The translations under genes and the position numbers were made by a program. From the NCBI RefSeq assembly GCF_006345805.1, contig NC_043009.1, forward strand, positions 60,512,001 through 60,576,000: a stretch of DNA of 64,000 nt, in the 5' to 3' direction. Positions 13,336 to 24,059 of this stretch are shown piece by piece. The DNA is from Octopus sinensis (taxonomy: Eukaryota). Numbering within the stretch: position 1 is the first letter of the stretch; each line of letters starts with the position of its first letter. Below the pieces are notes generated by a model that worked only from the letters and a program-made list of their open reading frames with translations, was not told the origin of the DNA and ran no database searches.

Positions 13336-13478
13336 ACACAGCCACTCCTGCACCTATTGTTTGTTTATGTAAAACATGAAATTGAAAGAAACCTGACTTT
13401 ACTTTTCAAAGCAAAACATCGAAATTACACAGTGTAGCCATAGACATATGACATATTTCTAAACACATGAACTCACAG

Positions 13479-13553
<75 letters not shown>

Positions 13554-13560
13554 AATTTTC

Positions 13561-13751
13561 ATAGGCACAGGAGTGGCTGTGTGGTAAGTAACTTGCTTAC
13601 CAACCACATGGTTCCGAGTTCAGTCACACTGCGTGACACCTTGGGCAAGTGTCTTCTACTATAGCCTTGGTAGGCTATAGTAGAAGACTGTAATGCCTTG
13701 TGAGTGGATTTGGTAGACGGAAACTGAAAGAAGCCCGTCGTATATATGTAT

Positions 13752-13821
<70 letters not shown>

Positions 13822-14057
13822 TATATATATGTGCGTGTGTACGTGTTTGTGTGTCTGTGTTTGTCCCCACCAAAATCGCTTGACAACAGATGCTGCTGTA
13901 TTTACATCATTGTAATATAACTGTTCAGCAAAAGCAAGTGATAGAATAAGCACTAGGCTTACAGAGAATAAGTCCTGGGGTCGATTTGCTCGACTAAAGG
14001 CAGGACTCCAGCATGGCCACAGTCAAATGACTGAAACAAGTAAAAGAGTAAAAGAGA
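13561..14057 (+). mobile_element. SINE family C
   Basis: Full-length with expanded internal (TA)n; head-to-head with 12946-13335. Confidence 0.85.
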
Positions 14058-14654
14058 ACCTTTTGTCTTCTTTCTGAGGAAGAAAAAGAAGCAAAAAGGA
14101 AAAAAAGAGAAAAAAAACGAAAATGCTTTCAGTGATGACTACACCACATTTCCAGGAGTGTCACTCATGGAAGATCTTCCAGGGACATTCTTCCACTTTT
14201 GAAGTTCCCATGCCACTCAAAACATTGCAGACAACCCACGGTCTCATCGCCATAGGCTTGTCAAAGTATGTTCAATGCCTCTGTGGCAGACTTGCCAATT
14301 TTAACACAAAATTTCCCATTGGCTTTTTTGCTCCTGTCCAAGACAAAATCACAGACTACAGCATATATGGAATCACAAAAACACAAATTTCACAACTTGA
14401 GAAATAAACACAGGAATATTACTTGACACATAGCCTCAAGAAGGTCACTACTAGCTCTGACAGTGCATGCAAGCATGTACTGCCATCTGTTGGCACACTA
14501 TAAAACAAGTCCAGGAACTTTTTTATACCACCTTATATGGAAACTGGTGATAAGATTGGAAATAACAATGTCATACACATATACACACACATTCACATAC
14601 ATACACTCATATATATATCATATTTTAAACTGTATTTCTTTCCTCCCTTTTCAG

Positions 14655-14684
14655 CGCTTGCTAGTTTAGAATCATCATTCTTTG
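14655..14684 (+). CDS. Micro-exon D (30 nt, phase 1-1): ALASLESSFF
   Basis: CTCCCTTTTCAG acceptor, TTTG|GTATGT donor, open in frame; paralogue of exon C. Confidence 0.65.
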
Positions 14685-14908
14685 GTATGTATATCTTTTT
14701 CAACAAAACTATATACAGTCTGTGTGTTAACATTAGCATTTCCTTTGATACATGTAATCAGCCTGAATTTATCACACATCACACTTTAAATAGAATTGAT
14801 ATTAGCAGAATTTGCCGACAAAAACTAAATCCTTATACACACACATGTATGTATGTATGTATGTATGTATATATTTAATATAAATTAAAAAGCAGAACAC
14901 AAAGGATA

Positions 14909-15003
14909 TCACGGTACACGTGTTTCAAGCTTCATAAACAATCCGTTATTACATCAGTGTATTAATGATATAAAAGATGGTTTAAAGCTGTCTTCAGCCG
15001 CAA
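14909..15003 (-). ncRNA. Type I hammerhead ribozyme motif (inverted copy)
   Basis: Reverse complement of 15330-15424; core CTGAAGA/GAAA and GUA site intact, but 10.1-11.1 is a C-U mismatch. Confidence 0.55.
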
Positions 15004-15329
15004 ACATTGTTAGTCCAAAGATTACATCACAATATAAAAAATATAAAAAGTACATGTAGTATTAGCCATTATAATAGGTTTATCATATCTCCCTGAAAAA
15101 GTATATTTGTATAATTTTCTAACTGTATAAATGTATAAAGATGCATGCTGATTGGTGATACAGTATGGGCAGATTTTCGAAATCCAATGAATCTTTATAC
15201 ATTTATACAGTTAGAAAATTATACAAATATACTTTTTCAGGGAGATATGATAAACCTATTATAATGGCTAATACTACATGTACATTTTATATTTTTTATA
15301 TTGTGATGTAATCTTTGGACTAACAATGT

Positions 15330-15424
15330 TTGCGGCTGAAGAGAGCTTTAAACCATCTTTTATATCATTAATACACTGATGTAATAACAGATTGTTTATG
15401 AAGCTTGAAACACGTGTACCGTGA
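15330..15424 (+). ncRNA. Type I hammerhead ribozyme motif, GUA site (predicted cleavage after 15418)
   Basis: Stem I TTGCGG/CCGTGA, core CTGAAGA (15336-42), long stem II GAGCTT-TAAAC...GTTTA-TG-AAGCTT, GAAA (15407-10), palindromic stem III ACACGTGT, GTA. Confidence 0.7.
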
Positions 15425-15639
15425 TATCCTTTGTGGGACTGAACCCGGAACCATGTGGTTGGTAAGCAAGCTACTTACCATACAGCCACTCCTGCACCTA
15501 TAAATGCGTCTATGCCCTTGTATTTAAGGATGCATATATATAATGGTAGTGATGTCTTTGAAAAGCTGAACTTCTAACATGGGATTATTTCCAAGTCAGC
15601 TGATTCCTTTCATTAATGCTTGGTCAAGGTCTCTCTCTT

Positions 15640-15693
<54 letters not shown>

Positions 15694-15803
15694 ACGCACA
15701 CAAACACACACACACTCATTCACTCACATCACACTAACTTACTCACAAAATATGCATGTTTAATTTGCTTCAAACCTCATGTTGTTATTCTTTCACTCTT
15801 CAG

Positions 15804-15834
15804 ATATCAGTTTGAATCATGAATTTTCCAGAAG
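15804..15834 (+). CDS. Micro-exon E (31 nt, phase 1-2): DISLNHEFSR
   Basis: TTTCACTCTTCAG acceptor, GAAG|GTAAGT donor; the only open frame is the one continuing from exon D. Confidence 0.5.
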
Positions 15835-16136
15835 GTAAGTTCCAATTAACCACTTCTCTTTTTGCACATTTTTCCTTTCACTCTGATAACAGCTTGTGAT
15901 TTCCTGCTTTTCCTGCTTTCCCTCCCATCACAACACTTGTTCAACTTTACCGGGACAGTTATAAAAGGGACACTACTCTTGCAGAAATTCTGCTAAGTTA
16001 AACCCGGCGATGCTTCATCATATTTGATTCACAGGTTTCATCTTTGAGTTTGTATGTCACATAATCACAGATATTCACTTCTATGTATGTCTGACTGAGA
16101 GTTTATGCCCTTGTATTTAAGGATGCATATGTATAA

Positions 16137-16325
16137 TGGCACGTAAAATGCACCCACTACACTCATGGAGTGGTTGGCGTTAGGAACGGCATCCAGCTGT
16201 AGAAACACTGCCAGCTCAGACTGGAGCCTGGTGCAGCCTTCTGGCTTCCTGGACCCCGGTCGAACCATCCAACCCGTACTAGCACGGAAAACGGATGTTA
16301 AACAACAATGATGATGATGATGATG
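16137..16325 (+). mobile_element. Family D 3' end with (ATG)n tail
   Basis: Present in the second copy of a local duplication and absent from the first copy at about 15545. Confidence 0.8.
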
Positions 16326-16422
16326 TAGTGACGTCTTTGAAAAGCTGAATTTCTAACATGGGATTATTTCCAAGTTAGCCAATTCCTTTCATTAATGCTT
16401 TGTCAAAGTCTCTCTCCCTCTT

Positions 16423-16492
<70 letters not shown>

Positions 16493-16584
16493 ATTTCTAT
16501 CTCTATCTCACTCACACACATCCCAGCTACAATGTTGGCAGACAAGATCCTGGACATTCCCTGGTTATATCAATTATGACCAAT

Positions 16585-16920
16585 GGATATGGAAGCACTC
16601 CATCGGTTACGACGATGAGGGTTCCGGTTGATTTGAATCAACGGAACAGCCTGCTCGTGAAATTAATGTGTAAGTGGCTGAGCACTCCACAGACACGTGC
16701 ACCCTTAACGTAGTTCTTGGGATATTCAGCATGACACAGTGAGTGACAAGGCCAGCCCCTTGAAATACAGGTACAACAGAAACAGGAAGTAAGAGTGAGA
16801 GAAAGTTGTGGTGAAAGAATACAGCAGGGATCACCACCATCCCCTGCCGGAGCTTTGTGGAGCTTTTTTAGGTGTTTTCGCTCAATAAACACTCACAACG
16901 CCCGGTCTGGGAATCGAAAC
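16585..16920 (-). mobile_element. SINE family B, 5'-truncated, with TSD
   Basis: Flanked by TATGACCAAT at 16575-84 and 16921-30. Confidence 0.85.
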
Positions 16921-17639
16921 TATGACCAATATTGACAGAGGAAAATAATGAGGCTCAAAAACACCTGAACCTTTTACTAATTTTACTAATTTTCTTTCTT
17001 ATCCTCTCAATTTTTGATCTCTGCATTCGCTATGAGTGTCATTATAACCATTAGACATTAACCAAGTTTTCCTAATGCTAAATCTGTTTACCAAATAGTA
17101 GTAATTGGCATTGTAATGTGACAATCATTTTCTATCTACCTAAATTTCTTTATATGGAACTTTGACATCTATTTCACCCCTATTTCTATAAATAGAAAAT
17201 CTTTCTTGTCTCCTTTCATTTGTCCATTCTTCTCAGAACCTTCAAGCAGTTCATAGCAACTGAATATTATTCAGTCAATTGATAAACTCCACTACCTTAA
17301 ATGTTCTTAAAATTTAAATCCATGTCTTTGTCTATATATCTACCTTCTCTATAATGTTATCACTTGATATGAAAATTATGTATTAATGGAAAACCTCTAT
17401 AATTGGCTGATGAGTGCTCAGCATTTTAAAACTGTTGTAATACTTACAACATTTAATAAAATGATGTAGTGCGAAACGATCATACCAAATTACCAAAGTT
17501 ATTCTTGTTGCTTATTTTGATTATAATCACCCCATGGATTTATATGGATAACACCATGCAAAATTCTGGTGCATCTAACTTAAGTACCATATTCATTTGA
17601 ATCTGCATATATATATGTATGTATGTATATGTATGTCTA

Positions 17640-18130
17640 TATCATCATCATCATCATCATCATCATCATCGTTTAACGTCCGCTTCCCATGGGTTGGACG
17701 GTTCAACTGGGGTCTGGCAAGCCCGAAGGCTGCACCAGGCCAGTCAGATCTGGCAGTGTTTCTACAGCTGGATGCCCTTCCTAACGCCAACCACTCCGAG
17801 AGTGTAGTGGGTGATTTTATGTGCCACCGACACAGGTGCCAGAAGAGGCTGGCAGACGGCCACACTCGGATGGTGTTTTTTATGTGCCACCGACACAGCT
17901 GCCAGACAAGGCTGGCAGACGGCCACGCTCGGATGGTGTTTTCTTATGTGCCACCGACACAGGTGCCAGACGAGGCTGGCGAACGGCCACGCTCGGATGG
18001 TGTTTGTTACGTGCCCTCAGCACGGAGGCCAGTCGATGCGGTACTGGCTACGGTTACGTTCGGATGGTTTTCTTATGTGCCACCGGCACTGGTACCACAA
18101 GGATACAAATTCCATTGATGTTCATCTATT
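17640..18130 (-). mobile_element. Family D element with about four internal 60-bp tandem units
   Basis: (CAT)n, V-like block, then repeats of TTTTATGTGCCACCGACACAG...GGCCACGCTCGGATGGTG. Confidence 0.8.
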
Positions 18131-18197
18131 TTGATTTGGTTTGATTTGATTTGATTTGATTATATATATATATATATATTTAAATTTTATTTTTCAG

Positions 18198-18241
18198 TCA
18201 AGATGTCCTTTAGAAGGCCAGTCCTGTTTGGAATCTTTACG
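18198..18241 (+). CDS. Exon F (44 nt); frame ambiguous (SQDVL* after E, or VKMSFRRPVLFGIFT after D)
   Basis: Strong TTTTATTTTTCAG acceptor and ACG|GTATGT donor. Confidence 0.5.
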
Positions 18242-18360
18242 GTATGTATATGTTTGTATGTGTGTGTATCTAGTCAGCAATCCCCATCATCTTCTAATAT
18301 CCATCTTCCATGCAGTTTTCTTTTTCAGTCTCATGACATATTGAAATTTTGATTCTTCAG

Positions 18361-18419
18361 TTCATTTACCATATATATTGGAGCAATAAACTTTGGCAGC
18401 ATAACTCTATGATTTCAAG
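18361..18419 (+). CDS. Possible exon G (terminal or internal)
   Basis: TTTTGATTCTTCAG acceptor 119 nt after the F donor; weak AAG|GTACCA donor; frame depends on isoform. Confidence 0.3.
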
Positions 18420-18615
18420 GTACCAGCTTCACAGCATGGCACCTTCTATTATGACCCTGTGCTGGCCAATGCCTTGTCGTAGAATTTGTCGATGTAAACT
18501 TGTGTGGAAGCTTGTATGTATGTATGCATGCTTGTATGTATATATATATATATATATCATTATTTAACATCTGTTTCCATACTGGTATGGGTTGGATAGT
18601 TTAAAAAGAGCTAGT

Positions 18616-18910
18616 ATGTATGTATATCACCGTGATCACTGTGACCGACCAGGCTATCAAATATTGCTCCACATCGCTAGTCACAATGCGCTTTGCATTG
18701 TTTTTTAGCTTGAGCATTCCAACAGAAGAAAGAGTGAGAGAAAGTTGCGGCGAAAGAGTACACCAGAGATCGCCACCACCCCCTGCCGGAGCCTCGTGGA
18801 GCTTTAGGTGTTTTTGCTCAATAAACACTCACAACGCCCGATCTGGGAATCGAAACCACGATCCTACAACCGCGAGTCCGCTGCTCTAACCACTGGGCCA
18901 TTGCACCTAC
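18616..18910 (-). mobile_element. SINE family B variant with an alternative 3' tail
   Basis: B head plus the tail also seen at 62140-62220. Confidence 0.7.
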
Positions 18911-19095
18911 ATCATCATCGTTTATGTATATATATATATATATATATATTATTATTACGGAGATGTACTCGCATAGCAAGTAATTTGATCTGAGATTGTG
19001 TGCTTAAACGAAAACAATTGCAGCGTGGAAGGTGTTTGTAAGCCATTTAAGAAACACACAAAAGCCATTCGATTCACTTCAACATTTAAGTTTAA

Positions 19096-19145
19096 TTTGT
19101 CAAAATATTTTCATCGCTAAAATCCGCGACCTGTTCACTGACAAA
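19096..19145 (-). ncRNA. Hammerhead-like motif with G3-C8 swapped core
   Basis: Minus strand TTTGTCA GTGAACA G GTCGC ggatttta GCGAT GAAA ATATT T TGACAAA: 7-bp stem I, 5-bp stem II, palindromic stem III AAATATTT, UUU triplet. Confidence 0.45.
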
Positions 19146-19559
19146 AATCCGTGCTGCATTGTTGTATATATATATATATATATATAATAAATTCATGGTG
19201 AATACTTGATAAGTGTAAGCACCTGTATATACCAGCTAGTAGCAGAGGTGAGAGGGTATATGCATGTGTTCTGTTTTTATTTCATTTGATGCATATATAT
19301 ATATATATGCTTTATTTTTAACACAACAGCTGTTTCGGGGAGTTTCGAATTATGTAATAATCACAATGTTCATGATTAGAAGATGGAATGTGAAAAAAGT
19401 TAAGGATTTGCCAGTTTTTTCTCCTAATAAAGGAAGCTGGTCTTATGGTTATGTCTGAATGGGATCATTTACTGGTTGCATATTCTGTCGAGTTAAAATT
19501 TCTATGAACTCTCTTAATATACATAAATATATATGTATATCTATATGAATGTGTGTGTG

Positions 19560-19601
<42 letters not shown>

Positions 19602-20199
19602 TGCTGCATGTCTTTGTGTTTGTCACCACACCACTTGACGAATAATGCTAGTTTGTTTGCATCTCTATGATGTAGCAGTTCAGCAAAAGAGACTAACTGA
19701 GTAAATATATCAGACCTAAAAAAAACCAGTACTGAGCTTGCTTTGTTTGACTAAACTCATTGAGACAGGGCCCCAGCATGGCCACAATCCAGTGACTGAA
19801 ACAAGTAAAAGAATATATAATGTCTTCTTTGTGTGTGCGTCTGTGTACAGTAAATAATTCACTTTCTATTTTGTTGATCACTAACCATTTATTTCCGCTT
19901 TCATACAAATTCCACTTAAACTTTCATTTATCATTTCTGGATAATTTTCCCTTTATTTGGAAAGTTTCCTGTCAAGAATTTCCATTCATTTGCAATATCT
20001 GCTGACAACTACTTCAAGAGTAACATGAAATTCAACCATTATCCAACAACTTCCTGAAACAAGCAGATTTCTCTCAAGTAACAATGTCAGACTGCTGTTT
20101 CTTACAAAACATTAATATAATACATACAAAAAATATGATAAAACAAAGCATAGGCTCAGATATTAGTGATACATCAACTAAGAAGAGACAACCATAGAC

Positions 20200-21620
20200 A
20201 GCAGTCAATATTAGCCTATGTTCTTTTTAGCTTAATGACCCTGCTTTCAGATGTATATTATTTCTGCAGTTCTGTATTTTGCACACATTATGAACTCTCT
20301 GCAATCAAGAAATCAAGGGCTTAATACTCTCCCTGGTAATGTGAGTTGTGAATTGCTACTAACCCTGCAACCAAAAATCTGATTAAATGTGTTTTGCATT
20401 CATGATAGAAGAAATTACACTAGAGTTTTATTCCTAAGAACCCCAGAGACTGAAAGCATTTCCTGTTATTATACAGGATGAATTAGTTGTTAGACACAAA
20501 AAAAAACCCTCTTCAGAGTCATTCTCTTGAAGTTATTTATCCAGAAACTGCCTGCAACTATGAAAGATATTGCTCAATAATGGAGCCAATATTGAAGTTA
20601 CGGAACATTCTCCAAGAGAACTTCATATTCTGAACTGCTGTTCTTCAAAGTGAATGTCAACAAAGTTACAGCGCAAAATGAAGGCATTGACTCTGCAAAC
20701 CCAGGAAGTCTGGCAGAGAAGAGGGAAACCAAGACTTTAGTCATTCTGGTAGTTCTTACTGTAACACTAACATTACCAAAGAATGAGACAGTTTATGTTG
20801 GGACCATCGAATCTTTAGAGAAAGGACCCAACATAGCAATTCACTTTGTTGATCTATATTGAAACTTGCATCTAACATGACAAGTGAAAGAATCAGGAAT
20901 TAGCAGTGACCAATTTAGCTGGTCATGTACCCTTTAGTCACCCATTCTACATCAGTGACAAACACCAGCATAAATTTCTCATTGATACTAAAATTGATGT
21001 GAGTGTCTTTCCTGCCACACTAACTTCTGATAAGAAAAGCCTATGGCCCTTATTGCTTAAGGTTGTTCATTACTCTTCCATCACTACGGCAAGAAATTGT
21101 TAACACTAGATCTAGGAATGTGATGAATTTTTAACTGGATACGCTGCTTATTTATCCATTCCTATTCTCAGAGTTGATAATCTTTATCAATTGAAATTCA
21201 TTCATTGAGGTAAAACAACAGTGTCTTCTTGGTTCTTCAACCAACCTTATTGTTCAAATCCCAGTATTCCAGTCAGCTCCTACAACTAAATTTGAAGTTC
21301 TTTTACAAAAAATATATATTTAACATGTTGTGATTCTTATGAATTGAGAATAGGGCATAATGTTACCCACCATGTCTAAACTAAATGACCTCTGGTCAGA
21401 TCTCGATACTTGATCATCTAAATATAGCTAAACAGAAGTTCAATCACATCGTTGGACTTTGCTTTATTTGTCATTCTAGCACCAATTGCTCATCACTCTA
21501 CACATGGTTCTGGGAAAAACACCAGTTGAATGGTATTCTTGCAATGATTAACAGACACTTAATCCCAAAACATTCTTGAAAAGGTCTTGGTATAACCCAT
21601 CTTCAAGCCTGACATTTCTT
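20200..21620 (+). mobile_element. Ty3/Gypsy gag-protease-RT relic
   Basis: HKFLIDTKIDVSVFP (protease FLIDTGADVS-like) and LNIAKQKFNHIVGL...HSSTNCSSL (RT N-terminus-like); many stops. Confidence 0.6.
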
Positions 21621-21779
21621 CTGTTCAAGAGACAACAATGTCTACCAAAATTAGGTCTAAGCTGAGATGATAATCAAATTCCTATAGAACCAAAAAACAA
21701 ATAGAGAACTGTTGTCACCACACACTTTGGACTCTATGAGTTCTTGCACATACTATTTAGTTTTCAAAATAACCTGCAA

Positions 21780-22480
21780 GAAAGAAAAAACTAAAATAAT
21801 TTCTGTATCTCTAAAGCCATAGGAATCATTCACATGTATAAGTAAGTGCAGTCAGCTCTCACTGATGTGTGGAACAGTATCCTCTCCATTTTCTGGGATG
21901 GGTGGAGCATATGTAACTGCTGAGTGTTCAAGATAGAAGGGAATGTGATAGACTGAGCATTACACACCTATTCTAGAAGCTTATGCTGATAGCTATGGCA
22001 TTGCCACAAAAGTGATGAGGCCAAGAGCCATGATAAAGGCAGGTTGTAAGTATCAATGTAACCAGGAATATTTTGTGGTTGAGGGGAACCTGTATGGAAA
22101 TACGAGTCCTGAAGACCCTCAAACGTCACTGTACCATTCTGAAGAATGTAGAAATAGAAGCCTAGTGGTGAAGATTAGCAAGCCCACTTACTATACATAT
22201 GGAAACAAGGGTTTTTCTGTCAGACAGGGGAGGAAAACAGAGAAGAGTGCAACAAAAACAAAAGGTCCCAGGAGCTGTTTTCAGAGCATCACTTGTCAGG
22301 GCTTGGAGAAACATCAGAAGAGATTGCTTCAGCATTGGTCCCAAGAACCAATGAGCAAGAAGTTGAAGACTGAAATGCTGAGTCCCACTCTGAGGGGTAC
22401 CATCCATCATCTTGAAATAGTGAGGATACAATTGAGACTGAAGAAGTGGGATAAGGACGTGGAGATGGCCAGCAAAAAAG
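21780..22480 (-). mobile_element. Possible Gypsy RNaseH/integrase relic
   Basis: Weak motifs GTNAEAIS, HTGSPQP and WQCHSYQ on the minus strand. Confidence 0.3.
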
Positions 22481-22526
22481 AAAAGAAAAGTAAAAAGAAA
22501 AACAAGAAGCCCTATTAGAAAATCCT

Positions 22527-22890
22527 CATCATCATCATCGTTTAGTGTCCACTTTCCATGCTAGCATGGGTTGGACGGTTCAACTGGGGTCTGGGAAGCC
22601 AGAAGGCTGCACCAGGCCCAGTCTGATTTGGCAATGTTTCTACGGCTGGATGCCCTTCCTAACGCCAACCACTCCATGAGTGTAGTGGGTGCCTTTTACG
22701 TGCCACTGGCACAGGTGCCAGACGAGTCTGGCAAGTGGATACGATTGGATGGTGCTTTTTATGTGCCACCGGCACGGGGGCCAGGTGAGGCTGGCAACGG
22801 CCACAAACGGACGGTGGTTTTTATGTGCCACCAGCACGAAGCCAGTCAGGGAGGCGCTGGCAACGGCCACGCTCGGATGGTTCTCTTACA
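22527..22890 (-). mobile_element. Family D element with about three internal units
   Basis: Same architecture as 17640-18130. Confidence 0.8.
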
Positions 22891-23382
22891 TGCCAAAGAG
22901 AACCATCCGAAAATGTTTGAGAAAAAAGAGGGGCCCACAACTCCCTCAACCTTTCAGTTAAATTATTCAAATATTTATCTTACATTTTCACAATTTAATA
23001 CTAAACCTATTGAATAAGGGTCCAGTTTATATATTCATTGAATGCAAAATGGGGAAATGGTACTAGAACAATCCACGAAGACAGACTTTTGGTAAAGACC
23101 ATATTGATAGTGGAGGGAGGTGGATGTTTGAATATTTGAGGAATGTAGAATCAGTTTTAGGGGCTTATTTACCCATTCCTATTCTCAGAGTTGATAATCT
23201 TTATTAATTGAAATTCATTCATTTGTGAAATTCATTCAGGTGTGTGAGAAATAGGTGACCAGAAACATAGGTCACCCTCTACCAACTTAACCACTTCTCC
23301 CCTATTTTTTATTTTGTTTTTGTTTTGTTTTTGTTTTTCCAGTTTCAGCTCTTGAGCTGTGGCCATGCTGGAGCACCGCCAT

Positions 23383-23545
23383 TGTGGTGAAAGAGTACAG
23401 CAGGGATCACCACCCCCTGCCGGAGCCTCGTAGAGCTTTTAGGTGTTTTCGCTCAATAAACACACACAACGCCCGGTCTGAGAATCGAAACCGCGATCCT
23501 GCGACCGCGAGTCCGCTGCCCAAACCATTAGGCCATTGCGCCTCT
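23383..23545 (-). mobile_element. SINE family B fragment
   Basis: Head half of family B, abutting a family C tail at 23330-23382. Confidence 0.7.
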
Positions 23546-24059
23546 ACATTGTCTTGTTTTTTAACATATTTTTTTAATTATTTACTTGATATACTTATCT
23601 AATTATTTTGTATAATTATTTCTTCTTTTGTTCTTTTATTTCAGAAAAAATTTTACATTTTAAACTTCATAAGAAAATTATTTTTGACGACAAACCAATG
23701 CAAACCATCTTTTCTTTCAATCTACACTCACATACTCTTTTACTTGTTTCAGTAAAAAATAGTACGAATATAAATACAAAAAAAAAACAATAATAACAAC
23801 AGGTGTCTTTTGACTCAGACGAATTGAATCAGCTGGCGTATTTGAAAGATAAGGCCTTATGGCAGATAAAGAAAGTGGTGTTATCATAGCGAAAGGGCTA
23901 TAGTTGGCCAGTGGTTACATGAGAAGAGAAGAGAGAGAAAAAGAGGGGCAAAGGAATTAAAGAGGGGGAGAAGAGAGAGAAAAAGAGGAACAAAGGAATT
24001 AAGGAGGGAGAGAAGAAAGAGAGCGTGTCAAGGATTGGTGAGAAAAAAGAAAAACAGGG

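Larger units (their letters stand above)
14898..15435. repeat. Near-perfect inverted repeat (arms about 245 bp, spacer about 48 bp), Penelope-like terminal-repeat arrangement
   Basis: 14898-15142 is the reverse complement of 15191-15435 with few mismatches; each arm contains a hammerhead fold. Confidence 0.9.

Noticed and set aside
17400-17445. CTGATGA-GTGC-TCA-GCAT motif
   Set aside because: No GAAA and no stem I partner.
20270-20335. 66-nt symmetric exon candidate
   Set aside because: Lies within the Gypsy gag relic and has a weak donor.
22012-22518. 168-aa + strand ORF
   Set aside because: No recognisable domain or splice context; lies antisense to a probable Gypsy relic.
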